A stretch of 64,000 nt of DNA from Klebsormidium nitens (lineage: Eukaryota; Plantae; Klebsormidiophyceae). Of this stretch, positions 21,613 to 34,720 are shown piece after piece; the stretch's first letter is position 1, and each line of letters starts with the position of its first letter. Made by a program: the position numbers and the translations under genes. The notes under the pieces were generated by a model that was given only the letters and a program-made list of their open reading frames with translations, did not search any database and was not told the origin of the DNA. The DNA lies in the NCBI GenBank assembly GCA_000708835.1, contig DF237038.1, forward strand, positions 20,901-84,900. Direction: 5' to 3'.

Positions 21613-23046
21613 CTAATGCCATAACTCCAAGTATCGAATCTTGGTTTCCAAAATCAAGCAGTCAGGGGCTCTAGCCAGGGGTTCCGTTATCAACTGGTGG
21701 AAACTGTAACCCCACCTCCCCCAAGAATGCCCCCAATCGTCCTCTCTAGCAGCTGCGTACTCCAAACTCGTACTCGTGACTTCGATTATTTCCGAGCGCA
21801 AGAGCAAGCGCCATTTCCGAGAAATTCTGATCTTCTTGAGATCCCCTGAATTTCCCCCGGGGACTGTCACCGACCACAAAAAGACGCCTCGCTCGCACAG
21901 TTTCACGGCCCACCAGCGCCCCTGGGGCGCGGAAAAGGTGAGCCGCGTCGACTTCGTTCCGGTGCTCATCTGCTTCGTCAAAGTCGTAAACGTACATCTG
22001 ACCGTGAATCCCATCAGATCTGAGTCGTTGGTAACGATCACGCCCGGGTTCAGCGCTTCCAGGCCATCCACCAGACGGCTCAGATTCCAGTGCCGCGCCT
22101 GCTCCAGCAGCAACGGATCCCGTTCCGCCGGAACTCCGCCGGTCGCCAGGTGCTCCAGAACCGCGGCCCAGCGCTGCGGATGGCACGTGACGATCGCGCG
22201 CCCCTCGTTGTCGCGCGCGTAGTCCCAATCTCCGCCGTACATTTTGTAGAGTAGCGAGTCCGGATCGGACGCAAGGACGCTACGCGAGATGGAACCGGTT
22301 TGTCCGTTCAGCGCGAGGACGTACTCGAACCGGTCCCTCTCGTCGGCGCACCGCGCGCCCGCCTCCCGCCTGCGCCTCATCTCTTCCTCGAGCCGCGCTA
22401 TATACGCCGTCCTCTCTTCGTTTTTCCGCTTCTCTTCGACGAGTTTCTGCTTCTCGTCTTTGAGTTCCCTGCCGATTGCCTCCACTCGATTCAAAAGGTC
22501 GTTGATCATCAGGGCGTCCTCGAGATATCGATGGTCCTCCGTCTGCGTCCCCTTTTCCGCGCTCTCCCGCCCCTCTAGTTTCGAGTTAGTTCCGGCCGAT
22601 TGCGCTACCTGACCCCGCAGATCAACAATCTCCTCTGCCTGCCGCGCGTTCTCCCGCTTCTCCTCCGCCAATTGCTGATATATTGCCGCAATCTCCAAGC
22701 CGCGCGCCGGCGCATCGGCCGAGCGCGCCTGCGCGCGCGCAAGCTCCGCCTTGAGCCGCTCTACAACCTTTCGCAGATTGGCAACGGAATTATTAGGCTG
22801 ACTCCCCGCTCTAGTTTCACGAGCAATCCCGATCCCGTACGTGGGACCGGTCTCCGCCGGACTGTGATCTCCATTCTGCGCGCAGCGAGGAGACCGTTCC
22901 GCATCGTTGACGACGAGTAAATTTGTGTCGTCCGGCTGGACAACTAACGAAACGTCCTTGTCATCCGTCGGGATCAGAAACGGACTTGCGGAGCTCGCTT
23001 TCCTTTTCCGCCCGAACCAGGATCTGCCAGAAGACACCATCTGCAT
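21613..23046 (-). CDS. Intronless coiled-coil plus KCTD/T1-type BTB/POZ domain protein with beta-rich C-terminal domain, 477 aa
   Basis: Single ORF from ATG 23046. LNGQTGSISRSVLASDPDSLLYKMYGG..ARDNEGRAIV...VLEHL matches the T1/KCTD BTB pattern; preceded by an E/K/R-rich heptad region. Confidence 0.8.
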   Translation of the reverse strand: MQMVSSGRSWFGRKRKASSASPFLIPTDDKDVSLVVQPDDTNLLVVNDAERSPRCAQNGDHSPAETGPTYGIGIARETRAGSQPNNSVANLRKVVERLKAELARAQARSADAPARGLEIAAIYQQLAEEKRENARQAEEIVDLRGQVAQSAGTNSKLEGRESAEKGTQTEDHRYLEDALMINDLLNRVEAIGRELKDEKQKLVEEKRKNEERTAYIARLEEEMRRRREAGARCADERDRFEYVLALNGQTGSISRSVLASDPDSLLYKMYGGDWDYARDNEGRAIVTCHPQRWAAVLEHLATGGVPAERDPLLLEQARHWNLSRLVDGLEALNPGVIVTNDSDLMGFTVRCTFTTLTKQMSTGTKSTRLTFSAPQGRWWAVKLCERGVFLWSVTVPGGNSGDLKKIRISRKWRLLLRSEIIEVTSTSLEYAAAREDDWGHSWGRWGYSFHQLITEPLARAPDCLILETKIRYLELWH

Positions 23047-26000
23047 ATGGGAGGAACAGCAGCGTCAAGGTTGTTCTGAGCAAACCGTTAAAACGAGACG
23101 AGTTTAAGATTGGTGGTTGCGGACTCTGTCTGTATTGCAGCCAGGCCAAGGACGGGTTGTTTTGCGATGAATCGAAGTCTTTGTGAAGCCAAGAAGCACA
23201 TTAACAAACACAAGACAGAATCAAAAGGCAGTCCATCTTTCCAGATTTTGGCTTTCTTGTACGTCAGATATGCATAGTTTAGCATCATCACACTTCAGAA
23301 CTTTAAAGTGCAGAGGAAGTGCTCTCAGCCCCACAAACAAGTTGGGATGGCTAGCACTGAGGATACCGGAATTGACCTGCATACTTTCCAATGACGCTGA
23401 GAGTATCTGCCAGAACCACTCTGCGATGTGTCCCCTGCAAGAACGTTGACTTCAATGTCATTTGCTTGGTTAAACATTAAGGGATAGGCAAGGGAGCGAA
23501 ACCACTGATTGCTGAATCGTCTTTTAAATGTGCGCCCCTTCTGTAAAGCAGCTCAGATTTGTCATGATATATTAGGGGTTTGTTGGTTCATGTCTCGCGG
23601 TCTTGTTTTCCCTTAGCATCTGTAACATTAGAACGGCTTAACAAGTAACATTTGAAACTGTTTGGCGAGGGTGCAGGAACGAGGATCACCAGCCACGTTA
23701 ATTTCACATTCAGATGTCCCGGTTGGCAGACAATTGTGGCTCCTAGTAATTCTGAATTTTGCAACAACAATTGTGACATCAGGTGGTTTTCATGTGTAGT
23801 AAGTCGACCTTCCGGTCCCCTTCTCGGCTGCAGCCTCAGAACCCCAAGCTCAAGCAGAAGGTCCGATGGGTAGAAGTTTGAGTTTGTACAAGGAAAATCT
23901 ACTAGATAATCTTCTGGCCTTAGAGGTTTAGGCGGTAGGTCTACCTATATCTCATTAATCTACGGTTCTCAAATTGTTTGTAGCAGCTTTCAATGCAGGT
24001 ACAAGCATCAGCGGCTACCGCCAGACGCTCAATTCAAAATGGGTTCAAAATGCATGCAGTCGGCCCCCGTGAGAAACTCAAGAAGAGTCAAGGCGCTTGC
24101 GATTTGGCTGCTTGTGCATGCGTGCATACCAGGTTTTCACTCTCTGCACCGACAACGTTAATCCTTGATTGCAACATTCTCAAACAGTAAACCAGACAAG
24201 TAGGATCTCCATCAGAAGCTTACCTTACGATACAACCAGCCAGAGACTGGCAAGGGCTTCTTCACTGCTGATGCGTCCAGGCCCTCGAACAGGGTGTCGC
24301 CCTAGCGTCTTCCGAGTTTCTGTAGCCAGAACTTCGCTGCGTCGACCAGGCGCCCTACGTGCGGCCGCGGCTGAGCGCGCCTACGCCGGTTTTCGAGGTT
24401 TCAAGGTTTGCAGAGGTACGTCATGGTCACGTTACGTCATGGCGGCCGCGTGCGAGCGACCGGTCGACCATTGCGGCCGCACCTCGGCCCGCGGGCGCAG
24501 CCTGCTTATGTGGGCCCCGGGTACCGGGAACATCAACTTGTTCAGGTCGAGGTTCCCGGCATCATTTGACGCAGCGGCCTAGTCCGATCAAAAGAGTTAG
24601 CCAAGCTAAGTCCTCCGACAACCTGTTTGCTGACGGTACTGGTTTTCTGAAACATGAGGCTACTTGTCCGAGAGTCTAGTAAAGAAATAAACTCAAGCAA
24701 ACTTGTTTGTTCCAGTACATTGGCTTCATTTGCCCGTCTATACGTTCGAGTTCCCTTCCTACTTATGTTAACGAAAGTGTATGTCTTTGTGATGTTCAAT
24801 CTCAACGGGTGATATTCCAAAAATGCAAGCGGCTGCGGGCCGCTTCGACAGGTCACCAGGTTTCACCATCCAGATTGATGCGAGGCCCGATCATCCCGCG
24901 GATGAACGCTTCAAGTTCCATCAATAGTGTGACGTTATTATGTTACGCGCTGTTGTGTCGCTGCACGGCGGCAGACCAAGAATCATATAGTGTCTCATTT
25001 CCACGCCAAGACTCCATCACTCTTTGGCTATGTACGACGCCGGGGCCGCGCTAGCTATGGATCCGTGCTTTCTTTGCGGCTCGTTCCTGGCGCGAGCATG
25101 GTCGCATGTTACAGAGAATATACCGTCGTGAAAGGTATGCCTGGGACGACTCGATCTATTGGTTGGATGCTTCGGGAGCAAGGAAGCGCCTTTCTGGAAG
25201 TTTTGAATCAAAGGAAGGAGGTTCGACTCTCTGTCTTAGCCCGTATACAGCCTAGGGTGCAGTCTAGTCCGCCCCCGGGTTATTAACCCATTTTGACATG
25301 ATCTCGATCGAAGATTGATTACGCAGACAGCACAAGCTAACAGCGGCCTGCTTAAGTAGCAACCAAACTTCCGTCCATTTTATGTCGCGCCAGAGATTGG
25401 AGGCCTGTTGCAAGATGAATTAGAACCAATGCTACTTGCGTGGCCATTCACATGTGGAAGGGGTTTTGCTGCTGCCTTCACGACACCATGTCTCAAATGG
25501 ATTACCAAAAACCTGCAGCTCTAATGATATATTGCTAGGGACGTTAATGTTGCTACGTTAAAACGTCCTGCGTTATAGTGCTTGGAACTTCTACGTGATT
25601 CCCCACAACTGCAGATCCTACCATTCAAACCTAATACTCGGTACCTCAACTTAAGCTTGTGGTCCGATCGTGGATACTTTAAGTTACTGAACCGTAATTT
25701 TGACCAAATCTTGCTGCCCACTGAACCGCGCTAGCTCGATCGCCGATGCACCCCTTTTGACAAGCACCCACGAGGGGAAGCCTGTACCTATACACCTTCC
25801 TAACCCTTACGTTCTGCTTACATGCTAAGGCCATCTACCATAATTCAAACCTTGTTAGACCAAGTCGCGGCGGAATGGTTTTTATAAGCTTCCACATTGT
25901 CCCATAATCAATCCATACTTACGCACCTTCGCATGTCACGTCAGGTTGCTTGAATTTTCCTGCGCCTCTTTACGCACATGTTTCAGCGTGTCCAAAATCT

Positions 26001-26340
26001 TACCCCCTCTCAGATGAAACCCTCGAGCAAATAATTCGACCCGCTTGGACCCATTCCCTCCGTTCGAACCGGCCGCAAAGTCTGGCTCTCCGGTCCGAAA
26101 GAGACGCCCCTAGCCGCTTTCTTTAGGCGTCTTCCCTGAGACGGAAATATGCGCTCACCCCCTTCTTTCCGACAGTCCTTCCTCATATAATCTTAAGCTG
26201 TCCCCACAAGAAACCAGAACCCCATATGAGAAAATCGAAAAACGCGTAAGTTACTCTGCCCAGAACCAGACTGCCCGCATTGCTTATCCCCCAAGTCCGG
26301 CAAAGCCGCCGGGCTTGCCCTCGCCCGCCCACGAGACCCG

Positions 26341-29300
26341 CTAGGTTTCCCCTCGGTGCTCCGCAATGTACTTGAGCTCCTGGTCGTGCCGGCCTTGCGT
26401 CTCGACGGTTTTCAGATGTTGAGCGTGGCGCCACGAGGCGTGGACTCCGTAAACGATGTAGATGAAAGTCGCGATTCCGGCCCAGACTCCAAACCGGATG
26501 TACGATTTGTAGTCAAGAGTGCCAAGTAGGAAGGCATTCAAAAGCATAGACGCTGCAGAAGAGGAAACCGTACTCAGGGCGGTTAATTGAACAGGGTTTG
26601 CTTGTGGGTTATTTCGAGAATTGTTAACGTCAAACGTAGCGACGCCCGCCCAAAGTCCAAACGATTGTATGATTCGTAGTCAAGAGTGCCCAGCAGGAAG
26701 GCGTTCAAAAGCATCGAGGCTGCACAAGGAACTGACCATAATCAGGGAGGGCTGGTTTGAAAGCGTTCAATTAAGAATAGACTCCAAAATGTAAGACGTC
26801 GAGGAATTTGGCGATCAGTGCCCAAACTCCAAATCGGATGTACAATTTGTAGTCGAGGTGTCCACGGAAAGGCGTTCAAGCATCTCATGTGGCGTTACTC
26901 CGAGGCATCAGATCACAGCTAATGTACGCGTAAAGCGGCGCTCCAATCACAGAACTCTGATATCGATTAAGCGCAGTAATTACAACAGGACTGTTTCGAA
27001 GAAGCCTGAAACACCAAAGTACACTAATTACCCAACCCAGAGGAATCGCCAAGAGAGAAAAGCAAGAGGGGAACACAAGACAGAAATGTAACGGAAAAAA
27101 GACGGGGACGAGGATGAGGAATAAAGAAACGCAACGCAATCAGCTTTTTCGGACGGCACGGTCTGCGGTACCTACCGGAAGCGAGCCATGGCATGAGCGG
27201 TGCGGACCAGCGCTCCGCGCGGTACACGGTTGGGCACGTGATGTGCAGAGAGAGGGTGGTGACCGCCCACGCGGCCGCGAACGCGGCGATGCCGTACCAA
27301 CTGCGTATACGAATGGGTTTTGAGGTTTAGGCACGCTTCTTCCAGCTTCCATATGAATCCTTGTAGCTCGCAGCCTGAGCTTTTGAAGCGTGTCCTGGAG
27401 ATGAACTACTGTACCAAGCGCTTACAGCTGTTGTCGAACTGTAAAATAGAGTCCTGCGCTAGTCTGACGTTAGCCCACAGAACGAGATGAACGGATCAGA
27501 CAAGCAATAGCGCGCAGTGATCCCGATATGACCGTCTATCTTAGGACATTGCAAAGAGAGGCGGAAGGAACAAAGAGTCTGACTACAACAAGGATACGCG
27601 GCACTGAACGAAGTCGACTTTCTCGTCTCAGGCAAGCCCCTCTTACTTCTTGGTCTCAACCCGGTAGTATGTCGACATGCCGATGGCGAAAAGTGCGATG
27701 ATGACAATGTGGATAAGCGGCAGCCAGGGCTTATTCACACCCGGCGCATAGGTCCTCCGGAAGATGAGCGACGCGGCCACGACGAAGAAGACGAACAAGG
27801 TGCCAATTGACACCATGTTGGCCAGGGTTGCGAAGTCGGTTACGAAACCGATGGCCGCGCATAAGATCCCCAGGATAATGGTTGAGTTGACGGGGGTTTG
27901 TGTTCTGGGGTTGATCTGCAAGGCGAGTCAAGAGAGGGAATAAGTTTCCATTTTATGTGGAGTTGAGTGTATTTATGTTGAAAGTAGATCAGCTCCCCGG
28001 GCTCAAACAAACTAAAAATCTAAACCAAAAGTTAAACTGCTCCGCACTCGTACCCACCCCAAACCAACCCCACCCGTCCCCCGGGCATGACCTAACTCAA
28101 CATAACCGTAACTCAACAAAAAATCGATACTACTGGAATAGGGAAGCGGGTTAATCAACTCGCGGCGCTGTCCATGTTTAGATGGATGGTCGACTCGATG
28201 GGGAAAATCACGTTCTAGAGTTCAACTTGCCATGAAACTGGAGCTGGTTACGGGCCACCACATGCCATTATAAGATGCCCATAGTAAAGGCGGAGTTGAT
28301 GGGGCCCGGCCTTTTTGGTGACAGGAATTTCTGAGCCGGCAGCATCACAGCACCTCAGCGTTTCTAATGGTAACGTGATCCGTCAACGAGTTGATGTCTA
28401 GTCTCCTGGAAGTTGAACTTAGGAGCAAACCTGAGGACACGACCAAAAGTTCCGAGGTCGGGTGGTGCTTTGGGTGTCTTGGACTCAATCAAATCCATCT
28501 TCTTAGTAGATTGGTGGATTGTCATTCTAGCAAACCAGGTCAGGTGAAACTTCAGCTGTACGTAAAGCGCAGGACCAATTTCTCGTCTAATAAATCCGCA
28601 ACCTAATAATCAACTGGGACTCGAACCGACTCGCACCTGGTCAAAGATCTTCTACCACCGCAGTTTCCAACATCTCGCTTCTACTTCGTGATCGCAGACC
28701 AGCTCAGCCCAGATGCACAAACCCGACCCTTACTCCCAAATGAAACAGGTTTTGAGAGAAGCCGTTCAAAGCTAATCCAATTTCCTCGACGTCGTGACAG
28801 TTAACGCGCAGATCAACAAAGATTGCAACCTACTTTCGCGAAGATAGAAGGCAGTAGGTGGGAGCGGCAGACGACGAGCAGGATCCGCGCTTGCCCCAGC
28901 AGATTAACCTGCAACGGAGGGGAGATGACGTCATTCCAACGTCACATAGAAACCGCCCGGCGCCTTGGCTTGCCCGCGAAGGACGGTTGTCAACGAAAAC
29001 TCTCCCTCGAAATTATGGTCGCGGATATGGGCGCAGCTCAGGCGAAAGGAGTATGGGGGGTATCAGTGCGTACGATCGTTAAAGATTTAAGACGGACAAA
29101 ACAGACTGGTTTCAAGTGCGTGTGATCGAGGGACCCTGATTTATGATGATGCCTCTTCCGTGCCGGCCGGCAGTTCTTGCAGTTTGCAGGAAAGCAGAAG
29201 CGGCGTTCGCGGTAAAAGGGGCGGCGGTCCGTGCGTGCGGGTCTTCCAAAGATGATCGGACGTGCGCATATCCGCACCGTGCAGCATGCACTTTGAAAGC

Positions 29301-32300
29301 AAAGGTGAACCCGAGAGATGGCGAGGAAGAACTAGAGATGGACGTGCGATAAGCATTGTAAAGACCCCAGCGCGACACGGTAGCGTCTAAACTTTACTAA
29401 CTTTATTCGACATTTAGAGGTTCGTAACTCATAGAAGACGAATCGAAGGAGCACATGCAAAAGGGATGTAGGATGCGTGGCGCATGGCGAAGTGCGTACC
29501 ATAAGCACTGTGATGATTCCAAAAAGCGCGGCCAGTGCGACGATGTACTTGGCCCAGCTCCACCCGATCGCCTGGAACGCGGCCGCGTACGGCGCGTCGG
29601 GGTCGATCATCTGCAGCGAAAGAACGGGTGCCACGTCAGCAGTGACGTCATGACGCTGCAGGAGGACTAGAGCGGGGGCACCGAATGCGAGAGACGTTTG
29701 GCAACAAGAAATCCTCTTCACCAAAACAGTTTCAAGCAGGACTTTTGCTCAGGCGAAGGCGCGGTAAAAGACATCGACCGAAAGCGTGCTCACGTCATAG
29801 CGCTGGAGGAGAACTAGAGCGAGGGCCATGCCGACGTAGAGCAGGGTGGTAAAGAGGACCGAGCCCACGATTCCGATGGGCAGATCGCGCTCGGGGCGGA
29901 TCACTTCCTCGGCCATCGTAGCAACGGCGTCGAATCCGATGTACGAGAAGAAGACCTGCACAAGCAAAAATTGTTTCAGCTTCGTATCGAGTTTTCCTAT
30001 GCACTTCTATTCCGGTAGGGCGTGATACTCGGATTTTGCGACGTGTAGGAGAAGGGCTTCATACTTCTGTGGCAATTGTGGCGAAGGCGTTGAATCCGAT
30101 GGACAAGAAAAAAAAAATATTGGCACATAAGAAGTCAGAATCTCGCCAATGATGATCTCGTGAAAACATCTGGTGGTCCAATCTGGTATTCAACGTACTC
30201 TACAGAGGGCTCTGGGGCGCGGAAACTTAGTCGGAGTGTTTGTGTATCGGTGTCAAAGCACGAAGTCAAAGTACGAATACACAGAGGCGGGGGTATATGT
30301 TTAGCCATACATTTCTTGGGGGGGGAGGCTCTTGTTCGTGCATAAAAAAACAACTTGATTGATGACCGGGATGATGAAAGACTCGATCCAACTTTCTGGT
30401 CAGGATCGATGAATACGATTAACGTCGGGCCTTACAGACTGACCGCAGTTGGTGTTTTGCCCCTTCTCTCCGAGCTCGACTGTTCGTGCAGTTCTTGCAG
30501 GACATCCTTCAGGTTACGTATGTCGGACAATTTGACAACAGATATCGGCACCTCTAATGTTTTTCAGATTGGAGAGACGCCCACCAAATCAACGTACAAA
30601 AAGGAGGGAGTTTTGGAATTTTTGATACCCACCTGCGTTGCGGCGTTGAAAACGCCTCGCACCCCGAACGGCGCAAACGGCTTCAAATTGTCGCCGTCGC
30701 CCTTTGCAAACCCGGCGATGATGATGAATATCATGATCGTAAGGTGCACCGCCGTTACCGCCAGGTTGAAACTCGAACTCTCCTTCGTGCTCCAACAGAG
30801 TAACACCGAAAGCAGTATGATTATTCCCACGGCGATGAAATCGAGGTCGTAATCCGGCGTGTGGATGAGAAACTTCCCGCTGTCCTGGTTGCACAACGCC
30901 GCAAGGTATGACGTAAACGACCGCGCGACGGCGGCGGCCGATAAGACGTACTCCATGAGCAGCATCGACGCGGTGATGTAAGCGGGGAACTCGCCGAACG
31001 TCAGCGCGACGTAAGCAAAGGCGCCGCCCCCCACGGGGAGCTGCACGGCAAACTCCGTGTAGCAGAGGGCCGACAGCAGGGCCGCGATACCTGAAATGGG
31101 GGGGTGGAAACGTGGGCCGTCAGGAGGGGGGTGAAGCGAGTGAGAACCGAATTCAAGGCAAAGAAACAAGGTCGCTTTCAGAGGTTGAGACTTAGTTGAA
31201 AGCTTGCAATTGTGAGCTGGTGAGCAAAATAAGGGGGCTCGTCAAAGAAAGAGGGGGGGTTGTGAAAGAGTGGGCGCTGGAAATTTTGAGACACTGCCTG
31301 GAGATGAGACGCTGAGGTTAGGCTGAAGATACAGGACGCACCCCTTCATCAAAGAGGAAGGATTATGGTGGGGGCGTGAGAGATGGGTAGAACGAACTGC
31401 TTCAAACTAGAGTGGGACGCACGGTCCATTGCTTCAGACTGCAAATCATCAGAGCCTCTTAAAGTTGCTGTTCAAGCTACAGCGAAGATAAAAGCAAGCG
31501 ACTCTCAGCAGACGCTGGCATGTTAAAGTGCCGCTGCAAATTTGTCATGGTCAAATATTACTGGCTTCAAGGACGTCCACAAGAGCGTATGTGCGTGCTA
31601 AGGTGACGGGTGATTTGAGAAAGCGGCCGTCATCTCGTGCGAAAGGAACGGAGTGTAAGCAACCTTTGAGAAAACACCTTTTTCAGGGCAGATATCGAGA
31701 TGAGTCAAGGCCTTCCTCGAAACAACTTCTGGACGACTTTTTGCTACTTGAGCAACGTCTACAAGGCGAGTTTGAGGTGAAAATCTGTTCCAGCTTTGGG
31801 CGATACAATCAGCCTACATCCTATTCCCAAAGCAAACGAGCAGGGAAAGTGGAGAGCCTCAAGGACTTAAGACAGAGGTTGAACCTACAAATCTGAAGAG
31901 AGGCACGAAATTGAGATCGTTGCTTTTCATTGAGATCAGTGCTTTGTGAAAAGCTGCAACCTAATAAATCCTTGACCCTTCCAAATGCTGCGACTACACT
32001 TCTGCTTCTATGGGAAGGCTTGGCCAATCTGAGAGTTTAGTGTCAAGCGCAGCCTACCTGAAACAATGTAGGAAAGAATGACACTGGGCCCCGAGAGACC
32101 GTTGGCCGCGACACCCGTGATGACAAACACGCCAGCGCCGACCATACTGCCCACTCCAAAGATGATCTGCAGACACGGCATAAGGAGTCAGCTTTCTCCT
32201 GGATTTTCATGCGGATTACATCAGAAATTGTTCATGTTTGACCATCAGCAATCTGGCAGGCTCTGTCAAACTCGCAGCTTGTTTCAAGACTGGCGGTCTC

Positions 32301-33203
32301 TAGGCGCTTTCAATCGAAGAATTCTAAATTACTTGCAGATGCAGCACCAAAATCACATCTGAAACCAGCAGTATCTTCACAAAGTCCAGAACGCTTCCCA
32401 TATTCTGGTAGACGACGTTATAATGTTGAGCGGGGACTCCTCTAAGAATCTTCCTTCTTCTCAGGTCGCGTTATTTTGAGTCGGAGCGCTGAGCTATGGA
32501 CTTTGCAAACCAGTCAAATCATAAGAAGAGCGCCTCTGATCATGCAGTAAGAAAGCAGGGAGACCAAGTCAATTTTTGATACTCCAGAGCTGTCAACAGT
32601 GAATCCGAGCTTCAGAGGTTATGATTTTTGGATCAAAGGCTGCCTTGAAGCGACATTTATTGGTCAATAACCTGGTATCGTTGGGGGAGCTCAAAATCCA
32701 ATTGCAGGATCTCCGCATTATCTGGATCAAATTCAAAAATCCACATGCACAGTCGTCCCTGCTTGACGCATACTGGTTGAGTATAGCATAACTTGATGAT
32801 TCTCCCCCTTGCATGCTAATGGGTAAACACAAGGAAAGTATGGTCCACAAAAGCCAGAGATTAAAGGGCATAAAGCCCGTAGATTTTTGTATATAGATAC
32901 CAAGTCTTTCTTCCCTGATCCAACTAAACACCATAAAGGTCCCAAACAGTACAAAACTGCAGGAAAGCTTATGCAATGTGGGCGACAGCTTACCATGTCC
33001 AGCCACCATAGCTTACGGACCATCTCCACCCCCGACTCCGCCTTATCATGTGACAGCTGGCTCTCAATAGTCCTCCGAGCAAACAGCCGCTCATGGAGGC
33101 GACTGGGGGTGTGAGCGAGCCCTTTGATATGCTCCACAAAACCCTGCTTGTAGAGTGTCGCCCGGTCGACGCCGTAAGCCCCTTCCCCATATTTTGGATC
33201 CAT
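26341..33203 (-). CDS. CAT: Cationic amino acid transporter (APC superfamily, plant CAT1/5/8-like); 9 exons
   Basis: Exons 33203-32994, 32166-32058, 31090-30633, 29955-29794, 29610-29500, 28908-28834, 27915-27647, 27300-27176, 26552-26341, phase-consistent. Motifs FGVGSMVGAGVFV, LSALCYTEFAV.LPVGGGAFAY, FAPFGVRGVF, FFSYIGFDAVAT.AEEV..P.RDLPIGI, LGQAR, TPVNST. Confidence 0.95.
26645..26886 (-). repeat. Two decayed intronic copies of acceptor plus head of the last CAT exon
   Basis: 26645-26730 and 26818-26886 repeat atgtacgatttgtagtcaagagtgccaagtaggaaggcattcaaaagcat (real exon about 26498-26552) with increasing divergence. Confidence 0.9.
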
Positions 33204-34720
33204 AATTGCCCTAATAATGCTTACCTCAAGTCAAGGGACAGGGTGGCTGAGGTCCTGCCTTGGTTTTCGAGTGTATACAGAGATTGTGGTACCTCCTCCT
33301 GATAAGATCGCTGCTTGAAATTCTTAGCCCCTTAAACTCGTTCCGACTGATTTATCAATTAATCGCAATACTTGTGTCAACCAAGCTGTTGCTCCAAGAG
33401 CTGCTCCAGCAGCCTGCGACTTGTTACTGTCTCTGCATGAGGACCTAAAGCAATGCTATGGCTTTGGAACAGTGTATCTGAGAAAGGGAGGCGCACAGCA
33501 TCCTCCAGACGCGACTCACGTATGTGCACGAGTGAAGAAAATTATGTGCTACATTCGGAGAGAAGAAGGAAGGTGTCACTGCGGTTGGTGCCCTCGTTGA
33601 CGAGAGCTAGTGCTGCAACTGGAAGTATTGAACCGCAGAACAGAGAAGAACAGCTGTAACCAGAGCAGCCACATTCCCTGCATGTAGGTAGGTAGCAATT
33701 CCAAAGCTTGGAAACTTGCTGAGTGCCTTTGAGGAAGCCGCCTTCAACATGAATCGTCTGCACTGCATATGCTTATATCCTGTGGGTTATTTTCTGTGTG
33801 TCAGGAGAACGCAGCTGCTCTATGGTACGCTGCTCTGTGGTACTTCCTAGCCTTCAGAACCATCATGCACTACCTACAGTGCATAAAATGCAGCATGAGA
33901 ACTGCATGTACAGTTGGTACCTGTAGACCAGTACGCTGTAGCCTGTACCGCTGCTCGTGCTGCCGCTTCTCACTGGTGCAGTCCAGCGTGGCATGCGGCA
34001 GCACGGGCCCCGGGCAGGCATCATGATGGTTCTGTCAGCAAAGCCGAGCTGGAGGTCCCCGGGACGCTCGCACTAAGCTGGCCACGTCAGCAGGCGAGCG
34101 CCTTGCGAGTAGCCATGATGCAGCTGAATCCGATCCGGGGCCCGGGCGTTCTCCTCGGAGGGATCCCCGAACGTGGGTACACAACGTAGGTAGGTACACA
34201 CCCAATTCAGTAGGTACTTTTGCTGAGGAGACAGCTGCCAGCTGTCCTCGGAAAGATGGCAACATTCCCGTGACCGTGACTTCACGGAATTGGGCTGTCT
34301 CTTGACACTTGTCAACTTGTATGCATGCCACATGGCAAAGCAAGAATTTAAGGGGATAATGTTCTCACAATATCATGCAATATCCTACTATGCAAGAAAT
34401 ATTTGTGGCCAGTCACACTTACTGGAAACATGTTAGCACATGGCGACTCGATCGGCAAGAAACGAGACCATCGGAACGAAAAGAGACCATCGGCAACGAT
34501 GGCAGAACCTCAAAATTCTCTTGTGTTTTTTTCTGGAGAAACAATCTGGTTGCGCAAAAAAGCATTGCTCAAAAACCAGCATTTTTTTATATGCTCCTAC
34601 CAACACCAATGTCGACAGCTCCTAAAAACAATGCGCTGCTTCAAGCGAAACCATTACAAGTCTTTCGATGTAGGAGTGCTCAAGAATAATAATCTCGTCA
34701 GTCCTGTGGGCAATCATAAC

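Noticed and set aside
23100-25700. Scattered 60-137 aa ORFs and a GC-rich patch at 24340-24580
   Set aside because: No coherent exon chain or family motif on either strand; cannot be supported as a gene.
33760-34350. GTAC/CATG-rich stretch with short ORFs between CAT and Nopp140
   Set aside because: No termini, repeats or protein similarity; probably a decayed relic, but unsupported.
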